DNA of 64,000 nt from a virus. Location of the stretch: positions 1 to 64,000 of the IMG/VR virus record IMGVR_UViG_3300045988_150026; one strand, given 5' to 3'. The position numbers were made by a program, and so were the translations under genes. Within the stretch, counting starts at the first letter, position 1, and each line of letters starts with the position of its first letter. Shown piece after piece: positions 35,007 to 44,409 of this stretch. Below the pieces are notes generated by a model, which saw only the letters and a list, made by a program, of their open reading frames with translations, ran no database searches and had not been told where the DNA came from.

Positions 35007-35008
35007 TT

Positions 35009-35221
35009 ATGAAAATCAAATTCTCAAATGGAAGTAGTTTGGAATCAATCGAATCAACAGATAGTAAAAGAAGTAAACGTGCAGAAAAGATTTTGTATTA
35101 CAAAAAGAATCCATATAAATTAATAAAATATTTATACGGAGAGAACTTACATTTATATCAAAAGTTATGGATAAAATTTATTATACTTGCAGAGAAATGG
35201 AGACAATTATGGAAAATGTAG
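35009..35221 (+). CDS. hypothetical protein
   Basis: 70 aa. GGAAGGAAAG RBS before ATG 35009. Confidence 0.5.
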   Translation: MKIKFSNGSSLESIESTDSKRSKRAEKILYYKKNPYKLIKYLYGENLHLYQKLWIKFIILAEKWRQLWKM

Positions 35222-35469
35222 AAGAGAAGACTGTAGAAGTAAAAAGAAAAATTCATAAATTCTATTGCGATAAATGTGGAGAATATTTAGGTGAGAGTGA
35301 AGAGTTTGATGATGAATATTATGAGGAAATCGGATATGTTACTCAACGTGTTGTTGTAAATGGAAAACAATACATCTATAAAAGACATCTGTGTAGCAAA
35401 TGTAAAGAAAATTTCTATAAAGATCTAGGCAATGTTTTGGAAATTGTTGGTTTTGTAAATGTTGGATAA
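35209..35469 (+). CDS. zinc-ribbon protein
   Basis: 86 aa. Cysteine pairs CDKC...CSKC. GGAGA RBS before ATG 35209. Confidence 0.55.
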   Translation: MENVEEKTVEVKRKIHKFYCDKCGEYLGESEEFDDEYYEEIGYVTQRVVVNGKQYIYKRHLCSKCKENFYKDLGNVLEIVGFVNVG

Positions 35470-35471
35470 TT

Positions 35472-35780
35472 ATGCAGATTATTAGTATGCCAAGATGTTC
35501 TGGAAAAACAATGCTTGCAATTAAGAGGACGAGAGATATGAAAAGAAGAGAAAGGATACAGTTGACCAAATGGGCAGATAAATTGTCTGATAAAGACTTG
35601 GAAGATGCATATTATGATGCAGTTTATGACTGTTTAGGAAGTGAAACAGAAGAAATGTATGAACTAGGTTATGATCCAATAGATATTGCAGAACAAGAAA
35701 AATGTGAAAAGTATCTTAGCGAAAAGGCTGATGTGTTGGAAGAACTATGTGAAAGACGAGGAATTAAGTTATGGGAATAA
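35472..35780 (+). CDS. hypothetical protein
   Basis: 102 aa. N-terminal PRCSGKT looks like a P-loop remnant. Confidence 0.5.
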   Translation: MQIISMPRCSGKTMLAIKRTRDMKRRERIQLTKWADKLSDKDLEDAYYDAVYDCLGSETEEMYELGYDPIDIAEQEKCEKYLSEKADVLEELCERRGIKLWE

Positions 35781-35801
35781 AGAATAAAGGAGTATAGACC
35801 A

Positions 35802-36362
35802 ATGGGAACTAAAGATAATACTTATGCAAACACAGGAAAGAGATTATATTTTCTATCAGACGATGTAGATAATGAATCAATTGGACAACTTACATGGAAC
35901 ATATTGCATCAGCTTGCAGAAGATGATGAGAAAGATAAGAAAGAAAAGGATTATAAACGTGAACCAATTAAAATCTACATCAATTCGTATGGTGGAGTAG
36001 TTTATGACATGTGGGGATTGATTGACATTATTGTAAATAGCAAAACACCAATTTATACATATTGTACCGGTTATGCCATGAGTGCAGCTTTCAAGATTTT
36101 CTTAGCAGGGCATAAGCGATATTGTTACAAGCACTCCACATTCATGATTCATCAACCTGTTTGTTGGATTAGTGGAAAATATACAGATATTAAAGAAAAC
36201 ATGGCAGAACATGATCGAATGAATGAATATATTATCCAGTATATTCTTGATAGAACATATTTTAAAAAAGAAGAACTGGATAATATTTGGGAAAAGAAAC
36301 AAGACTTTTATATTAATTCAGAAGATGCTGAGAAATATGGAATTGTTAATGAAGTTTTGTAA
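35802..36362 (+). CDS. clpP: ClpP-family serine protease
   Basis: 186 aa. INSYGGVVYDMWGLIDII...CTGYAMSAAFKIFLAG...MIHQP matches the ClpP Ser/His core. Confidence 0.8.
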   Translation: MGTKDNTYANTGKRLYFLSDDVDNESIGQLTWNILHQLAEDDEKDKKEKDYKREPIKIYINSYGGVVYDMWGLIDIIVNSKTPIYTYCTGYAMSAAFKIFLAGHKRYCYKHSTFMIHQPVCWISGKYTDIKENMAEHDRMNEYIIQYILDRTYFKKEELDNIWEKKQDFYINSEDAEKYGIVNEVL

Positions 36363-36380
36363 AACGAATGTGGTGATTAA

Positions 36381-37511
36381 ATGAGAGTATATAAAGATAA
36401 ACAATTTCTTGTCTTTGATTTTGAAGACGGAAGAAATGTTAAGTATGATTTTGCGACCAAGACAGCGATCGGAATCAAAGGAAAACCTGTAAAAGATTTG
36501 CGAAGTCAGTTAAGTGGAATTTCAATGAACCGAGTAATTGAAAATTGTGACGATAAGAAGTATGCAAAATTCTTGAATTTTGTAATGAGAGCAGAATCTT
36601 CATATCATGAAATTTGGAATATCGGAACTGTACTTGATAGAGTTCCATTTTATTCAAGATTTGAGCAATTATTTTCTGCTGGTATAGATGATATTGTTGA
36701 CGTAAGAGAACAAAACTTGAAAAGTTTTAAATATTCTATTGAAGACATTCCAAAATCACTTCTTAAAATATGTAGAAAATATTCTATAAAAATTTCCAAC
36801 GACACTATTAGATTTTATAAAGAAAACCCAAACGCATATTGTATTGCCTATAAGTTAGATTATTTAAGTTTGGATTATTACGACATCTATAAAATATGGA
36901 AAACATCAGAAAACATGTATGATGCAAACGCAAAATCATATTTTAACATCCTTGTAAATGAGTACGGATATAATGCAAAAGATTTATGGCTATACATAGA
37001 TAGAATAAAGACATTTGAAGCAATTGAAGATATGGCTTTTCTTATTCGTGAATTATGTGATTATGCGGACATGATGAGGCAGCTTAGTAATAAGTACGAC
37101 AAGTATCCAAGACATTTTCTTACAACTCATAAAATTGCATGTAGAAATTATGACAGAATGAAGAAAGAATTTTCAGAAGAGTTATTTAGAAAAAGAATTA
37201 AAAAAGAATATGAATGTTCATTTGGAGAATATGTATTTATTTATCCTAAGTCTACTCAAGATATCAAGGATGAGGCAGCCTGCCAAAGTAATTGTGTTAG
37301 TTCTTATATAGATAAGGTTATTGATGGATACTGTCATATATTATTCTTGAGAAAAAAGAACAGTCCAAAAGAAAGTCTTGTAACAATAGAGGTTAGAAAT
37401 GATCAGATTGTCCAGGCTAAAAGAAGATTCAACGATGATGTAACAGAAGAACAGAAAGAAGTAATTGATAAGTTCAATAAGAAATTTGGAAAGGAGATTA
37501 AGGCAGCATGA
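36381..37511 (+). CDS. PcfJ-like protein
   Basis: 376 aa. C-terminal CQSNCVSSYIDKV..GYCHILFLRKK...LVTIEV resembles the PcfJ-like family, from memory. Confidence 0.5.
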   Translation: MRVYKDKQFLVFDFEDGRNVKYDFATKTAIGIKGKPVKDLRSQLSGISMNRVIENCDDKKYAKFLNFVMRAESSYHEIWNIGTVLDRVPFYSRFEQLFSAGIDDIVDVREQNLKSFKYSIEDIPKSLLKICRKYSIKISNDTIRFYKENPNAYCIAYKLDYLSLDYYDIYKIWKTSENMYDANAKSYFNILVNEYGYNAKDLWLYIDRIKTFEAIEDMAFLIRELCDYADMMRQLSNKYDKYPRHFLTTHKIACRNYDRMKKEFSEELFRKRIKKEYECSFGEYVFIYPKSTQDIKDEAACQSNCVSSYIDKVIDGYCHILFLRKKNSPKESLVTIEVRNDQIVQAKRRFNDDVTEEQKEVIDKFNKKFGKEIKAA

Positions 37512-37963
37512 TTAAGGGTGATAAGATAAGACTTAAAGCAAAAATGGGTGTGTTTGATAACATCGGAGAAATCTGTGAAGTAATAGATATAAGTGATGGT
37601 GGAGTGATTTGTTTTAAATTTGGTAATGGAAGTCATCTTGGTTGTATGTCATTCGATGAATACGAGAAGTATTTTGAATTGGTTGAGGAAGAAAAAGAAC
37701 CAGTAAAAAGAGTTTGGAGTAAGTGGAAGCTTGGTTATATTACTTTTTATAACCAAACTGGAGAATGTATTGAAGAGGATATTTATTATAGAGAAAACAG
37801 AAAACGTGTGCAAGTAAAACTAAAAGATGGAAGTTTAAGAGCGAATGCATCTTGTTGTAAAGAAGACGAGTTCGATTTTTCCAAGGGAAGAGAATTAGCG
37901 GAAAAACGACTGATTATGAAATATCTTGCCAGAGAAGTAAAGGAATATGCAGATTCATTGTAG
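37508..37963 (+). CDS. hypothetical protein
   Basis: 151 aa. ATGA overlap with the upstream gene. Confidence 0.6.
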   Translation: MIKGDKIRLKAKMGVFDNIGEICEVIDISDGGVICFKFGNGSHLGCMSFDEYEKYFELVEEEKEPVKRVWSKWKLGYITFYNQTGECIEEDIYYRENRKRVQVKLKDGSLRANASCCKEDEFDFSKGRELAEKRLIMKYLAREVKEYADSL

Positions 37964-37983
37964 AAGATAGGAGAATAAAATAA

Positions 37984-38445
37984 ATGATTATATTACTTAT
38001 TATAATTTCAATCATAGGATTTATTATAGCTTATGTAATTGATGAAGATTTTGCTGGTTTTTTCTCAGTATGTTTCTGTGTATTACTTGTCATTGGTATG
38101 TTTTTAGGGATTTCTGTAAGTAATGGAAAAACCATAGACGAAAAAATTGTAATGTACCAAGAAGAGAATAACAAAATAGAGAAACAAATCGACACATTGG
38201 TTTCTAATTATATGAACTATGAATCTGATACATATGAAAAAATAAAATCAGAAAGTTCTATTACATTAGTTTCTATGTATCCAGAACTGAAATCAGATAA
38301 ATTAGTAGAAGAACAAATTTCCGTATATGAAGAAAACAATAAAAAGATCAGAGAATTCAAGGAAGATAAGATCAACCTGAAAGTTAAGAAGTGGTGGTTG
38401 TATTTTGGAGGTCGAATGAAATCGAACTTTCATAATGGAGAATAA
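37984..38445 (+). CDS. membrane-anchored coiled-coil protein
   Basis: 153 aa. Two N-terminal transmembrane segments. Confidence 0.6.
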   Translation: MIILLIIISIIGFIIAYVIDEDFAGFFSVCFCVLLVIGMFLGISVSNGKTIDEKIVMYQEENNKIEKQIDTLVSNYMNYESDTYEKIKSESSITLVSMYPELKSDKLVEEQISVYEENNKKIREFKEDKINLKVKKWWLYFGGRMKSNFHNGE

Positions 38446-38447
38446 CT

Positions 38448-38777
38448 ATGTGTAAGTATTGTGATGAAAATTCATACGAATGCGAAGTCTTTCGTGGAGA
38501 TAATGGCTATTACCTGGATGTAGAAACGTTGGAATGGGATAATTACTATGATGAAATTGTACATATCAGGTTGGATATAAACTATTGTCCGTACTGTGGA
38601 AGAAAGTTGGATGAAGAAGATGTAAAACCAATTATTCTGGATCAATCAAACGGAGATATCGAATATGAGTGTCCTATGTGTGGAATACAGGTTGTATCTA
38701 ATATTGGAACTAAAAGTAACTGTTGTGGCGAATGCGGTTGTAAATTTGATTGGAGTGAGATTGATGAGACCAATTGA
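38448..38777 (+). CDS. zinc-ribbon protein
   Basis: 109 aa. Several CxxC pairs. Confidence 0.6.
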   Translation: MCKYCDENSYECEVFRGDNGYYLDVETLEWDNYYDEIVHIRLDINYCPYCGRKLDEEDVKPIILDQSNGDIEYECPMCGIQVVSNIGTKSNCCGECGCKFDWSEIDETN

Positions 38778-39051
38778 TGCAGATTTATTAATGGAAAATT
38801 TAGGTTTTGATGATACAGAAGAAGAAAGAGAAGAAAATGTCGGAGAAATCATCACATGGGAAGGTGTTGATAGTCTGCCGACAGCGTTTGACGTGGAGCA
38901 AGTTGTAAGAGAGCTTAAAGAATTAAAAATGCGTTACTATATGACAATAGCAAACACAGGTGATGCGGATAAAGATTGTGCTTATCTCAATACTGCAAAT
39001 GCTATTGATAAAGCTATTGAAATTGTTAAGAGAGGTGGAAGAGAATGTTAG
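38764..39051 (+). CDS. hypothetical protein
   Basis: 95 aa. GGAGTGAG RBS before ATG 38764. Confidence 0.55.
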   Translation: MRPIDADLLMENLGFDDTEEEREENVGEIITWEGVDSLPTAFDVEQVVRELKELKMRYYMTIANTGDADKDCAYLNTANAIDKAIEIVKRGGREC

Positions 39052-39533
39052 TTCCGGCAATTTTATACAAAGAGCAAATCCAAAAAGAATTTCAAAAATA
39101 TTACTACACAACAGATATGATGTACGAGACAGGCTGCTTAGACAATTGGAGTCCAAACATAGAAGAAAACCCAGATGAACAAACATACCAATATGCAATT
39201 ATAGGAAATGATAATAAGTTGATTGGCTTTCTTGCTTTCAGAATAGATTGGTATTGCTCACGTGTTTATAATTTTGGCTTGTTTTCATTCGACAGAGGAA
39301 ATGCATTGATTGGAAGAGAAGTCTTTAAAAAATTAGATAAACTTGTTAATAGATTTCATAGAGTGGAGTGGAGAGCTGTTAGCGGTAATCCTGCTTGCAA
39401 AAGTTACGACAGTTTTATAGAAAAATATGATGGAAATAAGCACGTTCTTAAAGATGCAATTAGAGATAGAGCTGGTAATTATCACGATGATATTATTTAT
39501 GAGATTGTGAAGCGAGGCGGAAGAGATGAATGA
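39045..39533 (+). CDS. possible GNAT-fold acetyltransferase-like protein
   Basis: 162 aa. HRVEWRAVSGNPACKSYDSF weakly resembles the GNAT core. Low certainty. Confidence 0.45.
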   Translation: MLVPAILYKEQIQKEFQKYYYTTDMMYETGCLDNWSPNIEENPDEQTYQYAIIGNDNKLIGFLAFRIDWYCSRVYNFGLFSFDRGNALIGREVFKKLDKLVNRFHRVEWRAVSGNPACKSYDSFIEKYDGNKHVLKDAIRDRAGNYHDDIIYEIVKRGGRDE

Positions 39534-39747
39534 AAAAGAGTTATGTCTAATGTGCGAAAGTTACCAAGAAGACACAAAATGTGAACAACGTGATAACTGT
39601 AAGCTCATGGCAATACTACAAGAAAACATAGAACTAAAGAAAAAAGTAAGTCGATTAAAACATCAATTGGACGAATCGGAATTAAAACGATCATATATGA
39701 TAGATCCGAATGCAATTGGTGATAGACACGAAATGGGTTGCTGGTAG
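39526..39747 (+). CDS. hypothetical Cys-containing protein
   Basis: 73 aa. Conserved GGCGGAAGAGATG junction. Confidence 0.55.
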   Translation: MNEKELCLMCESYQEDTKCEQRDNCKLMAILQENIELKKKVSRLKHQLDESELKRSYMIDPNAIGDRHEMGCW

Positions 39748-39760
39748 AGGGGTGGAAGAG

Positions 39761-39910
39761 ATGAGGAATAAACTGGATGATGTGTTAAGCCGAATACAGT
39801 TATATTCATACTTGTTGCCAACAGTAAAAATTGGAAATGCGATCATGGATTTCAGAGAAAAGTATACACTTCTGGATTGTAAGAAAGAGAGATGTCGAAG
39901 AGATGATTGA
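39761..39910 (+). CDS. hypothetical protein
   Basis: 49 aa. Conserved GGTGGAAGAGATG junction. Confidence 0.45.
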   Translation: MRNKLDDVLSRIQLYSYLLPTVKIGNAIMDFREKYTLLDCKKERCRRDD

Positions 39911-40187
39911 AATTGTAAAAAACATTTTAATAGTGGTTGGGATGGTAACAATCGCTTGTGTAATTATATGTTTTGCAATTGAATTTAAAGAAAAATTCAA
40001 GAGTTGGAGAAAAAATGGCTGTAAGATTAAGTTCCTATGCAGGCATGAATATGATGTTGAATTTACAAGCAGTTTATTTGGCGAAATATCATTGAAATGC
40101 AGAAAATGCGGAAAGAAAAAAATAATCAAGAATTTGAGTAGTGAATTGGTAGATAAACTTTGGTGGGGTGGAAGAGATGAAGAATAA
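39903..40187 (+). CDS. membrane-anchored zinc-ribbon protein
   Basis: 94 aa. Transmembrane helix, then C..H...CRKC. Junction GTCGAAGAGATG. Confidence 0.5.
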   Translation: MIEIVKNILIVVGMVTIACVIICFAIEFKEKFKSWRKNGCKIKFLCRHEYDVEFTSSLFGEISLKCRKCGKKKIIKNLSSELVDKLWWGGRDEE

Positions 40188-40638
40188 AGAGAAGTACGCA
40201 AGTGAGATTGTTGAAATTGCTTGTAATGGTGATAGCATTGCAATAACAAGCGATGGTGGTAAGTTGGTGCAGTGTAATCATATTAGCTGTTGTGAATGCT
40301 TGTTTGAGAATAGTAAAGATTGCCATGAGAAAGTAAAAAAATGGGCAGAATCCGAATACATAGAAAAGCCAGTGATTTCTAAAAAAGATAAAGCTTTTTT
40401 GGAGTATATCAAAGAAGAGTTTAAGTATATTGCAAGGGATGGTAGAAATGAGAATTTGTTTGCGTGGAGTGCAAAGCCCGAAAGAGGACTTACCATAAAC
40501 GAATGGCTGGATACGGGAAGTGATGCGATAGGACTTTACGGATTTAACCTAGACCTCCCAATGGTTAAATGGTCAGACTCCGAACCGTGGCTTATCGAGG
40601 ACTTGAAGAAGTTGGAGGTAGTGGACAGTTATGAGTAA
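40177..40638 (+). CDS. hypothetical protein
   Basis: 153 aa. Junction GGTGGAAGAGATG. Confidence 0.6.
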   Translation: MKNKEKYASEIVEIACNGDSIAITSDGGKLVQCNHISCCECLFENSKDCHEKVKKWAESEYIEKPVISKKDKAFLEYIKEEFKYIARDGRNENLFAWSAKPERGLTINEWLDTGSDAIGLYGFNLDLPMVKWSDSEPWLIEDLKKLEVVDSYE

Positions 40639-40909
40639 AATTCCAAAAGAAATAGTAGACAAAATTGAGCAAAGAAATAAACTCAACGAAGAAATAGAGG
40701 CATGGTGCAAAGAAAACCTTGATATGGATGGAATGTGCTCGGACTGTGCCGATATCACAGACCATCACACCGGCAAGGAGCAAGGAAATGATGAATGCAA
40801 AGAATGGTGCGAGCAGTGGACAGGATATTGTGAAGATGACTATTACGGTCATTATTACTGGGAAACAGAGTATCCAGAAAAGTATTTGCATATGGATTTT
40901 TGGGTTTAA
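40631..40909 (+). CDS. hypothetical Cys-rich protein
   Basis: 92 aa. TGGAGG RBS. Confidence 0.55.
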   Translation: MSKIPKEIVDKIEQRNKLNEEIEAWCKENLDMDGMCSDCADITDHHTGKEQGNDECKEWCEQWTGYCEDDYYGHYYWETEYPEKYLHMDFWV

Positions 40910-40930
40910 AGGTGGAGGAATCATAGAAGC

Positions 40931-41434
40931 ATGAATAGAGAAATACTTTTTAGAGGGAAACGTGTAGATAATGGCAAGTGGATAGATGGATATTTGTTTG
41001 ACGATGGCTACCCAAAACCTAGGCACGTTTTTGTAGGTGGTTTGGTGATTAATGAATACAAAGGAACGGCTTGTGATGAATGGGATATTAATGCAATTGA
41101 TTTTGCGGATGTTAAACCGGATACGATTTGCCAGTACACAGGATTAACCGACAAGAACGGAAAGAAAATCTTTGAGGGAGATATATTAAGAGGATTTCAA
41201 TATCCATTCTGTCATGATGAAGAATACAACTATTACGCAGAGATTATTTTTGTGAATTGTTCTTTTATGACTTATACACACAAAAATCCATCATCTTGTG
41301 TTAGAGGAATATCTGATGGGAATACAGAATTGATGGAGTGTTGGGTAAGTGAGGATTGGGAAGTTATTGGCAACATCTATGACGATCCTGAACTGTTAGA
41401 AGATAAGGAGAATAGCAATGGCAAAGATATTTAA
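40931..41434 (+). CDS. YopX-family protein
   Basis: 167 aa. REILFRGKRVDNGKWIDGYL...QYTGLTDKNGKKIFEGDIL is the typical YopX pattern. Confidence 0.7.
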   Translation: MNREILFRGKRVDNGKWIDGYLFDDGYPKPRHVFVGGLVINEYKGTACDEWDINAIDFADVKPDTICQYTGLTDKNGKKIFEGDILRGFQYPFCHDEEYNYYAEIIFVNCSFMTYTHKNPSSCVRGISDGNTELMECWVSEDWEVIGNIYDDPELLEDKENSNGKDI

Positions 41435-41567
41435 AGTAAGCGGATATTTTGTGGATACAAATGGTAATTACTCAACGGAAGCTATCTATAATTTGATTTT
41501 TAATGGATGGGCAGAGCTTGAACTACGGCATGGACATACAGAACTGGAAGAAATATCCGATAGCTAA
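41418..41567 (+). CDS. hypothetical protein
   Basis: 49 aa. AAGGAGAA RBS. Overlaps the YopX gene end. Confidence 0.45.
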   Translation: MAKIFKVSGYFVDTNGNYSTEAIYNLIFNGWAELELRHGHTELEEISDS

Positions 41568-41597
41568 GCAAGTCGCAAGAATCGAATCAATAAGTCA

Positions 41598-41852
41598 ATG
41601 TATGATAAGACAAATGTTCCGAATCCATTTCAGGACACATTAAGATATGGAACGCTTGATTTGAAAGATTTATATGTTCGATGTGCTACGGATGTGATGA
41701 ATTTTGGAGACAAGAAATCAATTGCTATAACACACTGTAATGAATACAAAATTGATGTTAAGGAACTGGAAAATATCTTTGAAGGATGGAATATTTATTA
41801 TTCTAACGGAGAAACGCACGATGATATGAGGGAGGGTGATATATGGAATTAA
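41598..41852 (+). CDS. hypothetical protein
   Basis: 84 aa. No clear RBS. Confidence 0.45.
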   Translation: MYDKTNVPNPFQDTLRYGTLDLKDLYVRCATDVMNFGDKKSIAITHCNEYKIDVKELENIFEGWNIYYSNGETHDDMREGDIWN

Positions 41853-41952
41853 ATCAGGTAGTGTATGGTCTACGATTCGCAAAGTGCAGAAAGCCGGGAA
41901 GCAGATTATTTATGTGTATAAAAATAGAGAATAAATATTGGAGGATAAAAAA

Positions 41953-42246
41953 ATGAAATTATATGTGATGTCAGGAGCAGTTAATGGAATAGATAGTATT
42001 GATGGAATGTATTATCTTATAGCAGAAACAGGTGAATGCTTGGCAAGTCATTTTTGTTCCTGTAAATATTTTGCAAAAGGTGATTTATACGAAAGAAGAC
42101 CAGAAAGAATTGAAGAATTTACAAAAAGATTTGGCGACATCGAAGTGTTATATCTTGGAGAAGATGATATGACCGTTGATAAACTTCTGAATCTTAATAA
42201 AAAATGGGCTATAGAAAACGGTCTTTGCGAAGAAGATGGAGAATAA
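41953..42246 (+). CDS. hypothetical protein
   Basis: 97 aa. TGGAGGA RBS before ATG 41953. Confidence 0.55.
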   Translation: MKLYVMSGAVNGIDSIDGMYYLIAETGECLASHFCSCKYFAKGDLYERRPERIEEFTKRFGDIEVLYLGEDDMTVDKLLNLNKKWAIENGLCEEDGE

Positions 42247-42251
42247 TAATT

Positions 42252-42482
42252 ATGAAAAACGAAGAAATTATTGACTATCTAATGTCAACTAGGTTATATG
42301 AAAATACAGACGTTGATATGTTTTATGAAAAGAAAATGCTTGACGAAAATAAAACAGTCCCAATCAGAGATTTAATAGAGAGATTTGTTGATGTAGATAA
42401 AGAATTTCATGGAGAACCTTGGAACATTAGACAAATTCTAACGAACATAGATATGATTATTCCGGTAGAGGATAGAAATTAA
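42252..42482 (+). CDS. hypothetical protein
   Basis: 76 aa. GGAGAATAA junction. Confidence 0.55.
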   Translation: MKNEEIIDYLMSTRLYENTDVDMFYEKKMLDENKTVPIRDLIERFVDVDKEFHGEPWNIRQILTNIDMIIPVEDRN

Positions 42483-42486
42483 ACAG

Positions 42487-42504
42487 ATGAAAGCCGTGTT
42501 TCAT
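42487..42504 (+). repeat. intercistronic motif copy ATGAAA-GCCGTG-TTTCAT, perfect arms
   Basis: 5 nt after stop 42482. GGAGG RBS follows. Confidence 0.6.
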
Positions 42505-42521
42505 TAGTGGAGGTGATAGGC

Positions 42522-42791
42522 GTGGATCAGCTAAATAAAATAGATTACATGATTAAGTCATTATATCTTGCGAAAGATGAGATTAAGTATGCACAAGAAT
42601 ATAACTTGCGAAAAGAAAATGATAAAACAATGGGACGTGATTTCTATTCAAGTTATGTGGATAATCATAGAACTCCGAATGGAACTATTATCAGAGAGTC
42701 ATTGAGAATGGTATCAAGACTTGCTGCACAGGTTGCAAATGAATGCACGTTGAGTGTGTATTGTGATGAGGTATTCAGAGAAAAGGGTTAA
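42522..42791 (+). CDS. hypothetical protein
   Basis: 89 aa. GTG 42522, 8 nt after GGAGG. Track start 42507 is also a GTG. Confidence 0.5.
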   Translation: MDQLNKIDYMIKSLYLAKDEIKYAQEYNLRKENDKTMGRDFYSSYVDNHRTPNGTIIRESLRMVSRLAAQVANECTLSVYCDEVFREKG

Positions 42792-42793
42792 AT

Positions 42794-43039
42794 ATGGGTA
42801 AATCAGTATTAGTTATTAACACGCCAGATAAATGTATACATTGTCTATTATTAAATAGTGAAGATGAATGTATGGTACAAGATGACGATGCAAATTTCAA
42901 TGCTAATGATTCGTGGGATGAGTTAATGAAAGGGTGTCCATTAAAAGAAGTTCCAGAAAGAAGAAAATATGGCGAAGAATTTTTCAATGGAGATGTAAAA
43001 GGTTGGAATGACTGTTTAAAAACAATTTTAGGAGAATAA
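42794..43039 (+). CDS. hypothetical protein
   Basis: 81 aa. Confidence 0.55.
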   Translation: MGKSVLVINTPDKCIHCLLLNSEDECMVQDDDANFNANDSWDELMKGCPLKEVPERRKYGEEFFNGDVKGWNDCLKTILGE

Positions 43040-43041
43040 AG

Positions 43042-43647
43042 ATGTATAGATATATTGCAGATTTACATATTGGCTGCACAAACTCTTTTGAACATCGTAC
43101 TTTAGAGTATGATGAGATTCTTATTAAGAACTGGAACTCTGTAGTTAAGAATAATGATACAACATTCATTCTAGGTGATATTGGTAGATGTGGCAATAAT
43201 AAAGATAATGAATATTTGTGTTCTGTTATTTCAAGACTCAAATCTAAGAAAATTTTAGTGGTCGGAAACCATGATGAAGTTGGTCTAAAAGATTACAGGG
43301 TGAAACAACTATTTGAAACTGTGGTTGATTATTTTGAACTTACTGATAATTACAATGGAATCAGTCAAAAACTTGTGCTTTCGCATTATCCTATCTTTTC
43401 ATGGAATGGTTGTTACAAAGATACAGTTCTTCTCTATGGTCATACACATGGCAACTTCGATGATGTCATCTATCAGGAATCCCTGGAAAAACTCAGATAT
43501 AAGGTAAGACAATTAAATACGGAGAATAAAGAAGTGAAGAAGTTTAAGAATCTTCCTTATGCTTATAATGTTGGTGCAATGATGGATTGGATTAATTATT
43601 GTCCGAGAACGTGGGAAGAGATTAAGGATATTTATATTTTGAGGTAG
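43042..43647 (+). CDS. calcineurin-like metallophosphoesterase
   Basis: 201 aa. ADLHIG, GDIG, GNHD and GHTHG motifs in the canonical order. Confidence 0.75.
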   Translation: MYRYIADLHIGCTNSFEHRTLEYDEILIKNWNSVVKNNDTTFILGDIGRCGNNKDNEYLCSVISRLKSKKILVVGNHDEVGLKDYRVKQLFETVVDYFELTDNYNGISQKLVLSHYPIFSWNGCYKDTVLLYGHTHGNFDDVIYQESLEKLRYKVRQLNTENKEVKKFKNLPYAYNVGAMMDWINYCPRTWEEIKDIYILR

Positions 43648-43654
43648 GAGAATT

Positions 43655-43879
43655 ATGTTTGAGAGAATTATAAAATCAGAACCATTCAAGAGTGCAGCTA
43701 GAAAAACTGGTAATGTGGTCAAAGTAACATTATTAGTATATTTTGTTCCTATTATTATATCTGTTGCGCTGATTCCGGTGATACACGAATGGTTCTTTAT
43801 CTTAGCGATTGTTATGTTGTTTTCGACTTATCCATTTTCGAGATGGTTAATTAAGTTGCTAGAAGATGGGAGATTGTAA
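43655..43879 (+). CDS. membrane protein
   Basis: 74 aa. Two transmembrane segments. Confidence 0.55.
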   Translation: MFERIIKSEPFKSAARKTGNVVKVTLLVYFVPIIISVALIPVIHEWFFILAIVMLFSTYPFSRWLIKLLEDGRL

Positions 43880-43885
43880 CGTTCT

Positions 43886-44251
43886 ATGAAAATTGAGAAG
43901 TATCATTTTGCTAAAGGTGAAGCTCTAGTTGTTAATGGAAGTATCCATTTTGATTATAATTTTGCATTTTGTGGAAGACCCTATATTCATTTGAATGCTT
44001 ATTGTGGACGGAAATATCAAATTGGTGTAGGAATTCGTGACAATGATGACTTTGATATTGGTTGTATCTACACAGCAGAAAATGAAGAACAGTTTTTCAA
44101 TGTTCTACATGAGTTGATCAATTGGATGAATGACTTAGAACATGGTGTATGTTTTTGGGAAGAATTTATAGACGATATTAAAGGATTCTTTCCAGAGTTA
44201 GGATGTGAAAAAAGATATCAGTTTGGAGTGAAAAAGAGATGGAAAGGGTAA
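43886..44251 (+). CDS. hypothetical protein
   Basis: 121 aa. Confidence 0.6.
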   Translation: MKIEKYHFAKGEALVVNGSIHFDYNFAFCGRPYIHLNAYCGRKYQIGVGIRDNDDFDIGCIYTAENEEQFFNVLHELINWMNDLEHGVCFWEEFIDDIKGFFPELGCEKRYQFGVKKRWKG

Positions 44252-44406
44252 AGAGTAAAAGCAATTCTCCGGGAAACGTTGTTGGTTATGGTGACAAAGT
44301 TCATGATGGCATAGATTTTGATTGGATTAAAAAATTATCAGATAAAATGCAAAAGACAGTTAATGAACTCGCAGAAGCTATCGAATTAGCTAGTAATGGA
44401 GAATAA
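44239..44406 (+). CDS. hypothetical protein
   Basis: 55 aa. Below the track cutoff. Ends in the GGAGAATAA junction. Confidence 0.45.
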   Translation: MERVKSKSNSPGNVVGYGDKVHDGIDFDWIKKLSDKMQKTVNELAEAIELASNGE

Positions 44407-44409
44407 AAT

